17,309 nucleotides of DNA from an uncultured Verrucomicrobiae bacterium. GTDB taxonomy: Bacteria; Verrucomicrobiota; Verrucomicrobiia; Limisphaerales; JAFGQR01. Below are positions 8,393-15,774 of the stretch, piece after piece (within the stretch, counting starts at the first letter, position 1; each line of letters begins with the position of its first letter). The DNA lies in assembly GCA_963788655.1 (NCBI GenBank), contig CAWBHS010000031.1, forward strand, positions 1 to 17,309, read 5' to 3'. A program made the position numbers and the translations under genes. The notes below the pieces were generated by a model. It was given only the letters and a program-made list of their open reading frames with translations. It did not search any database and was not told where the DNA came from.

Positions 8393-10822
8393 ATGAACAA
8401 ATACCTTTGCCTGCACGGGCATTTTTATCAGCCCCCGCGGGAAAATCCGTGGTTGGAAAGCCTCGAACTCCAGGATTCGGCCTACCCGTATCACGACTGG
8501 AATGAGCGGATCACCGCCGAATGTTACGCGCCCAATGCCCACGCGCGGTTGCACGACGAGGAAGGTCGCATCATCAGCATCGTCAACAACTATTCCCGGA
8601 TCAGTTTCAATTTCGGCCCCACGCTGCTCTCCTGGATGAAGGACAAAGCGCCGGACATTTACCAGGCGATCATCGCGGCCGACCAGGAAAGCCGGAAGCG
8701 CTTTTCCGGCCACGGCTCGGCCCTGGCCCAGTGCTACAACCACACGATCATGCCCCTGTCCAATCGCCGGGACAAATACACCCAGGTGCTCTGGGGCATC
8801 CGCGACTTTGAAGCCCGCTTTGGGCGTGCACCCGAAGGCATGTGGCTGCCGGAAACCGCCGCCGACAACGAGTCCCTCGATGTGCTGGCCGAACTGGGGA
8901 TCAAGTTCACCATCCTGTCTCCGTTCCAGGCCAGCCGCATCCGGCTGCTCGACCAAAAGCACTGGAAAGATGTCAATGGCGGGCGTGTCGATCCTACTCG
9001 TCCATACGAAGTTCATCTGCCGTCGGGGCGCAAGCTCGTCGTGTTTTTTTACGACGGCCCCATCTCCCGGGCGGTGGCGTTTGAAAAGTTGTTGATCGAC
9101 GGCAAACGTTTTGCCAATCGGCTGATGGAGGCCTATTCCGGCGACCGCCCGGACGATCAACTCGTCCACATTGCCACCGACGGCGAGTCCTACGGCCATC
9201 ACCATCGCCACGGGGAAATGGCGCTGGCCTACGCCTTGCACTACGTCGAAGCCAACCAAATGGCCCGGCTGACCAACTACGGCGAGTTCCTCGAAAACCA
9301 TCCTCCCGCGCACGAGGCCGAGATTCATCAACCCAGCGCCTGGAGCTGCTCGCACGGGGTGGGACGCTGGCGCAGCAACTGCGGCTGCAACTCGGGCGGC
9401 CACCCGGGCTGGAACCAGCAATGGCGCCGGCCCCTGCGCGAGGCGATGGACTGGCTGCGGGAGAAAGTGATCCCGATCTTTGAAAACGAAGGGAAAACGT
9501 TTTTCCAAAACTGCTGGACCGCCCGCAATGATTACATCGCGGTCATTTTGGATCGTTCCCCGGAGAACATCGTCCAGTTTCTTAGCCAGCACAGTCCCCG
9601 ACCGCTGAGTGATGACGAGCAGATCACCGCCTTGCGCTTGCTCGAATTGCAGCGTCACGCGATGCTCATGTACACCAGTTGCGGCTGGTTCTTCGACGAA
9701 TTGTCCGGCATCGAAACGGTGCAAGTGATCCAATACGCGGCCCGCGCCATCCAACTGGCCAATGGTTTGACCGACGAAGATCTCGAACCGGGCTTCCTCG
9801 ACCTCCTGGGCCGGGCCAAAAGCAACATCCGGGAACATCGCGATGGCCGCTTTGTGTGGGAGAACTTTGTCAAACCCGCCATCATGGACCGGGAAAAAGT
9901 GGCGGCCCACTATGCGGTTAGTTCGCTCTTCGAAAGTTATCCCAAAGAAGCGCGCATTTATTCCTTCACGGTCGTGCAGGAGGATCGCCAATTGTTCACC
10001 GCCGGCAATGCCCGATTGGTCATTGGCCGCATCAAGGTCATCTTCGAAATCACCCGCAACTCCGACACGGTCACGTACGGCGTGCTGCACATGGGCGACC
10101 ATAATCTGAACTGCGGCGTGCGGTTCTACCAGGGCTCGGAACCCTACGAACTGGATCTCAAAGAACTCGAGGAAGCCTTCGGCCGGGCGGACTTTCCGGA
10201 TGTGATCCGGATCATGGACCGCCATTTTGGCGAATCCAATTACTCGCTCAAATCGCTGTTCCGCGACGAGCAGCGCAAAATCCTCGCGCAGATTCTCGAT
10301 GCCACTCGCGAGGATTTGCACAATACCTATCGCCTGCTCACCGATCGTTTCACGCCGCTGATGCGGTTTCTCAGCGACCTGCGGGCCCCGGCCCCCAAGG
10401 CGCTGCGAATGGCCATCGAGTTTGTGCTCAACAGCGAATTGCTCAATCAATTCGACGGTGACAAGATCGACTTGGAACGGGTGCGCGCCCTGCTGACCCA
10501 AAACGAAACCGACAAGCTGGCGTTGGAAACCGACACCCTGGCCTACGCGATGAAGAAACACCTCGACCGGCTCTGCGAACAAATCCAGAAGACGCCCGAA
10601 GAATCCGCTGTCGTGGAACAGTTCGAGAGTGAAGCCGACCTGGTGAAAGACCTGCCGTTCGAGGTGAATCTGTGGAAACCGCAAAACACGTATTTCACGA
10701 TGCTCAAGACGCTGTGTTCGCGCATGCGCCAGCGCGCGGAACAGGGTGACCCCGACGCCAAAGCCTGGATGGTTCATTTCGTGAGTCTGGGCGAACACCT
10801 GGGCTTCCGCCTGGATGGCTGA
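8393..10822 (+). CDS. Glycoside hydrolase family 57 protein with DUF3536 C-terminal region (809 aa)
   Basis: Likely start is the ATG at 8393 (MNKYLCLHGHFYQPPRENPW). GH57 motifs SFNFGPTLLSW, YNHTIMPL, GMWLPETA, IATDGESYGHH, AWSCSHGVGRW and MYTSCGWFFDE. Confidence 0.93.
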   Translation: MNKYLCLHGHFYQPPRENPWLESLELQDSAYPYHDWNERITAECYAPNAHARLHDEEGRIISIVNNYSRISFNFGPTLLSWMKDKAPDIYQAIIAADQESRKRFSGHGSALAQCYNHTIMPLSNRRDKYTQVLWGIRDFEARFGRAPEGMWLPETAADNESLDVLAELGIKFTILSPFQASRIRLLDQKHWKDVNGGRVDPTRPYEVHLPSGRKLVVFFYDGPISRAVAFEKLLIDGKRFANRLMEAYSGDRPDDQLVHIATDGESYGHHHRHGEMALAYALHYVEANQMARLTNYGEFLENHPPAHEAEIHQPSAWSCSHGVGRWRSNCGCNSGGHPGWNQQWRRPLREAMDWLREKVIPIFENEGKTFFQNCWTARNDYIAVILDRSPENIVQFLSQHSPRPLSDDEQITALRLLELQRHAMLMYTSCGWFFDELSGIETVQVIQYAARAIQLANGLTDEDLEPGFLDLLGRAKSNIREHRDGRFVWENFVKPAIMDREKVAAHYAVSSLFESYPKEARIYSFTVVQEDRQLFTAGNARLVIGRIKVIFEITRNSDTVTYGVLHMGDHNLNCGVRFYQGSEPYELDLKELEEAFGRADFPDVIRIMDRHFGESNYSLKSLFRDEQRKILAQILDATREDLHNTYRLLTDRFTPLMRFLSDLRAPAPKALRMAIEFVLNSELLNQFDGDKIDLERVRALLTQNETDKLALETDTLAYAMKKHLDRLCEQIQKTPEESAVVEQFESEADLVKDLPFEVNLWKPQNTYFTMLKTLCSRMRQRAEQGDPDAKAWMVHFVSLGEHLGFRLDG

Positions 10823-10842
10823 AGACGACCAAAGGAGTCAAC

Positions 10843-10872
10843 AACCACGAATGCACACGAAGGGGCACGAAT
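10843..10872 (+). repeat. Three CACGAA motifs at exact 10-nt spacing
   Basis: AACCACGAATGCACACGAAGGGGCACGAAT, with CACGAA at 10846, 10856 and 10866. Confidence 0.7.
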
Positions 10873-10931
10873 ACTGCAGAGAGCTTGGTTCGGGAGGGTT
10901 GACTGTATTCACACCCCTCCCCCCGGCCCTT

Positions 10932-11071
10932 GCCATGAACCGACCGAAGCGCCGCGAGGTTTTGGACTGCGCCAGCCCTCTGGCGCTTTTGGAATGGACC
11001 GCGCCGGGCGAAAGCGGCAGAGGACTGCCGCATTCCATGACGCTGCCGCGGCATGCGCGCCGGTTCATGGC
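10932..11071. mobile_element. MITE-like nested palindromic element: 11-bp terminal IR enclosing an inverted REP-like doublet
   Basis: GCCATGAACCG (10932-10942) and CGGTTCATGGC (11061-11071) form a perfect IR. Inner arms 10963-10989 and 11011-11037 are inverted copies (23/27), each with a 7-bp GC hairpin. Confidence 0.7.
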
Positions 11072-11109
11072 CCCGAGGCGCATCCATTCTTGGGTGAGGG
11101 ATCAAACGC

Positions 11110-11155
11110 TTCGGCTTTCGGACTTCTTTTGGATTTCGACCTGCGGATTTCGGAT
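11110..11155 (+). repeat. Degenerate heptamer tract, consensus TTCGGAT (6 units)
   Basis: TTCGGCT TTCGGAC (ttct) TTTGGAT TTCGACC TGCGGAT TTCGGAT. Confidence 0.7.
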
Positions 11156-11201
11156 CTCCCTCCCCGTCCTGCCGCACTGAAGCTACGCCTCCACCGTCGC
11201 T

Positions 11202-13709
11202 ATGCCCACTACCTCTTCTTCCAGCCGCGTTCCCCGGGCGACCTATCGCCTTCAGTTTCATCGCGGGTTCACGCTGCGTCAGGGGCAGGAACTGATTCCG
11301 TATCTCCATCAATTGGGCGTGAGCCATGTCTATGCGTCGCCACTGCTCAAGGCCCAACCGGGCAGTACCCACGGCTACGACGTGTGCGACTTCAGCCGGC
11401 TCAACCCGGAAATCGGCACCGATGAGGATTTCGCCGCGTTCGTGGAAACGTTGCGCGAACACGGCATGGGTTTGGTGTTGGATTTTGTGCCTAATCACGC
11501 GGGTATTGGCGGGCCCCAGAATCCCTGGTGGTGGGACGTGCTCCGGCACGGCTCGGCCAGCCGGTATGCCCGGCACTTTGATATCGATTGGGAATCCCCT
11601 GACCCGCGGTTGCGCGGTAAAGTGCTCGTGCCCGTCCTCGGCGACCGTTACGACCGCGTGCTAACGAAGGGAGAACTTCGACTGGAGATTTCGCCAGAAC
11701 AGGGCTTGGTCGTCCGCTATTTTGATCACCAGTTCCCCCTCGCTCCCGAATCTTACGACCCGAAGGTGCCCGAGTCGGCGAAGAACATCGAACAGATCAA
11801 CACCAGCCCCGATAAGCTGGACGCCATCCTACGGCAGCAACATTACCGGCTCACCGACTGGCGTCATGGCGACGCCGAACTGAATTATCGCCGGTTCTTT
11901 ACCATCACGTCCCTGGCGGGGCTGCGCGTGGAAGATCCGGCGGTCTTTGGCGACGTCCATGCCCGCATCCGCGAGTGGCACACGCAGGGGCTGGTTGATG
12001 GAATACGCATTGATCATCCGGATGGTTTAGCCGATCCGGAGGGATACCTGCGCCAACTGCGAGCCACCTTTCCGAAGACGTGGATCGTCATCGAAAAGAT
12101 ACTCGAACCCGGCGAAAGTCTGCCTGTCGATTGGCCCGTGGCCGGCACGACCGGATACGATTTTCTTAATCGCGTCGGCGGCCTGTTCATCGCGCCGGAA
12201 GGCGAGCCATCGTTGACGGACTTTTACGCGGAGTTCACCGGCCAACCAACCGAGTGCGCCGCGGTGGTGCGAGAGAACAAGCGGCTGGTATTGCGCGAAA
12301 TGTTCGCCGCCGAGGTGGGAAAGTTGACGCGGCTGCTCCAACAAATTGGCGCCCGTCATTGGCCCTGCCGCGATTTCACCGCCGATGAAATGCGGGAGAC
12401 GATTTGCGAACTGATCGCCAATTTCCCGGTCTATCGAACCTACTCTCGTGCGGAGGACAAGGGCGTCTCCGCTATCGATGGCGCGTATATCACCCAGGCG
12501 GTGGCGGCGGCTCGCGAACAACGGCCCAAGCTCAGTCCCGATTTATTGGAGTTTCTGAGAACCCTGTTGTCTCGGCGACTCGGCCAATCTCATGACGACG
12601 CGGAAGACGAGTTTGTGCTGCGGTTCCAGCAATTGACCGGTCCCGCCATGGCCAAGGGCGTCGAGGACACGACGTTTTATTGCTACAACCGATTCGTGGC
12701 GCTCAATGAAGTCGGGGGTGATTCCGGCCACTTCGGCCTCAGCGTGGAAGCCTTTCACCAGCAGTGCGCCGAGGCCCAGGCCCATTGGCCCAACGCCATG
12801 TTGGCTTCGTCCACGCACGATACCAAGCGCAGCGAAGACGTGCGCGCCCGCCTCGGCTTGCTCTCGGAAATGCCCGAGGCGTGGATCGCGGCCGTTCGGC
12901 GTTGGTCGGCGCACAACGTTCGATACAAACAACGCGGCTTTCCCGATGCCAATGCCGAATACCTCTATTACCAAACGCTGGTCGGCGCTTGGCCGTTGTC
13001 GGCGCAACGGGCGACCGCTTACATGGAGAAGGCGTCTCGCGAAGCCAAGCAACACACCAACTGGACCGAGGCCAATCAGGTCTATGATGAAGCCTTGCGG
13101 CGTTTCGTCTCGAAAACATTGGACGATGCCGACTTCACCGATGACCTCGCGCGATTCGTCGAGCCGCTCATCGAACCCGGCCAGATCAATTCCTTGTCGC
13201 AAACCCTGATCAAACTCACGGCGCCGGGCGTGCCGGATATTTATCAAGGCACGGAACTGTGGGATCTGAGTCTGGTCGATCCGGATAACCGGCGTCCGGT
13301 GGATTTCGATGCCCGCCGGCGTTTGTTGACGGAAATCGACCGGTTTACTCCTGAAGCAGCCTGGCAGGAACGCGCCTCCGGTTTGCCCAAGCTGTGGCTG
13401 ATCCGCAAGACGCTGGCGGTGCGCCAACAACATTCGGATTGGTTCGGCGCCCAAAGTGATTATCAGCCGCTCTACGCCCTGGGAACGAAGGCCCGGCATG
13501 CCGTAGCGTTCACGCGCGGTGGCCAGGTCGTTACCGTGTCACCGCGTCTGGTTCTGGGGATCCCTGGTGATTGGGTCGATACGGTGCTGCCCTTGCCGGA
13601 TGGGAACTGGCGTAATGAATTCACCGGGGAAACCGTTCCGGGCGGACGTTGCCTGGTTGGTAATATGCTGGAACGTTTTCCCGTGGCGTTACTCACAAGA
13701 ATCAATTGA
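11202..13709 (+). CDS. treY: Malto-oligosyltrehalose synthase (GH13_26)
   Basis: PRATYRLQF, GSTHGYDV, LDFVPNH, LNYRRFF, GIRIDHPDGL, IEKIL, GTTGYDF, FQQLTGPAMAKGVEDT, STHDTKRSEDVRAR and PGVPDIYQGTELWDLSLVDPDNRRPVD. Confidence 0.97.
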   Translation: MPTTSSSSRVPRATYRLQFHRGFTLRQGQELIPYLHQLGVSHVYASPLLKAQPGSTHGYDVCDFSRLNPEIGTDEDFAAFVETLREHGMGLVLDFVPNHAGIGGPQNPWWWDVLRHGSASRYARHFDIDWESPDPRLRGKVLVPVLGDRYDRVLTKGELRLEISPEQGLVVRYFDHQFPLAPESYDPKVPESAKNIEQINTSPDKLDAILRQQHYRLTDWRHGDAELNYRRFFTITSLAGLRVEDPAVFGDVHARIREWHTQGLVDGIRIDHPDGLADPEGYLRQLRATFPKTWIVIEKILEPGESLPVDWPVAGTTGYDFLNRVGGLFIAPEGEPSLTDFYAEFTGQPTECAAVVRENKRLVLREMFAAEVGKLTRLLQQIGARHWPCRDFTADEMRETICELIANFPVYRTYSRAEDKGVSAIDGAYITQAVAAAREQRPKLSPDLLEFLRTLLSRRLGQSHDDAEDEFVLRFQQLTGPAMAKGVEDTTFYCYNRFVALNEVGGDSGHFGLSVEAFHQQCAEAQAHWPNAMLASSTHDTKRSEDVRARLGLLSEMPEAWIAAVRRWSAHNVRYKQRGFPDANAEYLYYQTLVGAWPLSAQRATAYMEKASREAKQHTNWTEANQVYDEALRRFVSKTLDDADFTDDLARFVEPLIEPGQINSLSQTLIKLTAPGVPDIYQGTELWDLSLVDPDNRRPVDFDARRRLLTEIDRFTPEAAWQERASGLPKLWLIRKTLAVRQQHSDWFGAQSDYQPLYALGTKARHAVAFTRGGQVVTVSPRLVLGIPGDWVDTVLPLPDGNWRNEFTGETVPGGRCLVGNMLERFPVALLTRIN

Positions 13710-13712
13710 CCT

Positions 13713-15448
13713 ATGCACATCTTCCACGTTTGGGCACCCCGTCCGAAAAAAGTTGAAATTCAAGTTCTCAAGGACGTCCACCCGATGACCTCCGACTCGG
13801 ACGGTTGGTGGACTGCCGAGGTGGCGGCGGCGACGCCCGGCTGTGATTACGGCTATCTGCTGGACGGTGAAGGACCGTTCCCCGATCCGCGCTCGCCCTG
13901 GCAACCGTACGGGGTCCACGGCTTGTCCCGCCTGACAGACCACCAACTCTTCCCCTGGACGGCTTCCGATTTTCAGGCGCCCCCGCTGTCTTCGGCCATC
14001 GTGTACGAGCTGCACGTCGGCACGTTCACCCCGGAAGGAACGTTCACCGCCGCCATCGACCGGCTCGATCACCTCGTGGAACTGGGCGTGACGCACGTCG
14101 AGATGATGCCGGTCAACGAATTTCCCGGCAACCACGGTTGGGGATATGACGGGGTGCAACTGTTCGCGCCGCACCACGCTTACGGCGGCCCGGAGGGGCT
14201 GAAGAAATTGGTCAATGCTTGTCATGCCCGGCGGCTTGCGGTGCTGCTGGATGTGGTCTATAACCACCTCGGGCCCTCGGGCAATTACCTTGCGAAATAC
14301 GCGCCGTATTTCAATCCACGATATTCGACGCCTTGGGGTGATGCCGTGAACTTCGATGGTCCGCACTGCGACGAGGTGCGCCGCTTCTTTTGCGATAACG
14401 TCCTCATGTGGCTGCGCGATTATCATTTCGACGGGCTGCGGCTGGATGCCGTCCACGCCATTCTCGACACGTCCGCTGAACCGTTTCTCGAACAACTGGG
14501 CCTCGAAGTGAAACAGCTCTCGGCCCAACTGGGCCGGCATTTCGTGGTCATCCCGGAAAGCGACCTGAATGATCCGCGCCTGCTTTGGTCCCGTGAACGC
14601 GGCGGCTTCGAACTCGATGCTCAGTGGAGCGATGATTTTCATCACGCGCTGCACACCGTGCTCACCGGGGAACGCAAAGGTTACTATGAGGACTTTCGGC
14701 ACCCTGGCCGATCTCGCCAAAGCACTCCGGAACGCGTACGTGTATGACGGGCAATACTCGGGACATCGCGGGCGTTCGCACGGCCGTCCGCCACTCGGAT
14801 TGAATGGACACCGTTTCTTGGGTTATTTGCAAAACCATGATCAGGTCGGGAACCGCGCATTGGGTGACCGCAGCAGCCAATTGCTCAGCCCTGGGCGGTC
14901 TCAAAATCGGTGCCGCGCTGGTGCTCACTGCGCCGTTTGTGCCCATGCTGTTTCAAGGCGAAGAATGGGGTGCGACCACGCCGTTTCCCTACTTTACGGA
15001 CCATCAGGAACCGGACTTGGCCAAGGCCGTGCGCGAAGGTCGCCGCAGGGAATTTGCCGCCTTCGGTTGGAATCCTGAAGACGTGCCCGATCCCCAGGCG
15101 TCGGAGACTTTCATGCGGGCCAAGTTGAACTGGAGTGAACGCGAAAGCCATGCTCACGCGGACTTCCTCGAATGGCATCGACAGTTAATTCGGCTCCGCC
15201 GTGAGGAACCGTCCCTGAGCGATGGCCAATTGGACCGCGTGCAAACGCATTTTGACGAGGCTGGCCGTTGGTTGGTGATCGAGCGCGGCCCCATCACCAT
15301 CGCTTGTAATCTGAATGCCCAGTCCCAAAAAGTGCCAATCCGTTCCGCCAGTTCGAGCGTCCTCCTTGCCTCACCTGAAAACGTCAAACCCGAGGACGGC
15401 GGCGTATTACTTCCGCCGGATGGGCTGGTCATTTTGAAGCACGGTTAA
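13713..15448 (+). pseudogene. treZ: Malto-oligosyltrehalose trehalohydrolase (GH13_10), interrupted by two +1 frameshifts (real or sequencing error)
   Basis: First frame: VWAP, PDPRS, YELHVGTF, WGYDGV, LDVVYNHLGP, GLRLDAVHA, QWSDDFHHALH..YYEDF. After about 14696 the protein continues FGTLADLAKAL..QNHDQVGNR..LLSPGR in the next frame. After about 14898 it continues LKIGAALVLTAPFVPMLFQGEEW to TAA at 15448. Removing 2 nt gives 577 aa. Confidence 0.93.
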
Positions 15449-15486
15449 CGCGGATATTTCCTAGCGGCATAAACCATCAACAGGCT

Positions 15487-15556
15487 GTAGCCGCCGATGT
15501 AAGAAGGCGGAACATGTTTGGATGCATCGAGTCCGTCTCCTTACGTCCGCGGCTAC
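15487..15556. repeat. GTAG-type REP doublet (REPIN-like), family A
   Basis: GTAGCCGCCGATGTAAGAAGGCGGA (15487-15511) and an inverted copy at 15532-15556 (21/25), with a 20-nt spacer. Confidence 0.8.
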
Positions 15557-15595
15557 CGCACGAGTCAAACATTCGGGCTAACTCGTGACTATTCA

Positions 15596-15728
15596 GTAGG
15601 ACAGGCGTCCCGCCTGTCTCGAACGACTGCCAACCATCGATTGGCACCGCGGCGTAGGAAGTCTCTCCAGGTCACCAACAGGGGAGGATGTGCTTGGCGA
15701 TTCGAGACAGGCGAGACGCCTGTCCTAC
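15596..15728. repeat. GTAG-type REP doublet (REPIN-like), family B
   Basis: GTAGGACAGGCGTCCCGCCTGTCTCGAA (15596-15623) and an inverted copy at 15701-15728 (27/28). Each arm has an 8-bp hairpin GACAGGCG-N3-CGCCTGTC. Spacer is 77 nt. Confidence 0.88.
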
Positions 15729-15774
15729 CGTGCCGAAGCGCGTCATCGCTGCTCCAGCCACTGAATGGATACGG

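Noticed and set aside
8189..10798. 869-aa antisense ORF (also 6765-8312, 1000-2127, 2357-3457, 12543-13499, 13689-14720)
   Set aside because: Shadow ORFs opposite well-supported genes, expected from high-GC codon bias, with no recognisable motifs.
10815..11180. 121-aa ORF in the GH57-treY gap (also 10704-11576 on the minus strand)
   Set aside because: Translation of palindromic and heptamer repeats, with no protein-like features.
14569..15448. ORFs 14569-15078 and 14804-15448 as separate genes, or programmed frameshifting
   Set aside because: They are consecutive fragments of treZ. There is no canonical slippery sequence, and two successive shifts would be needed.
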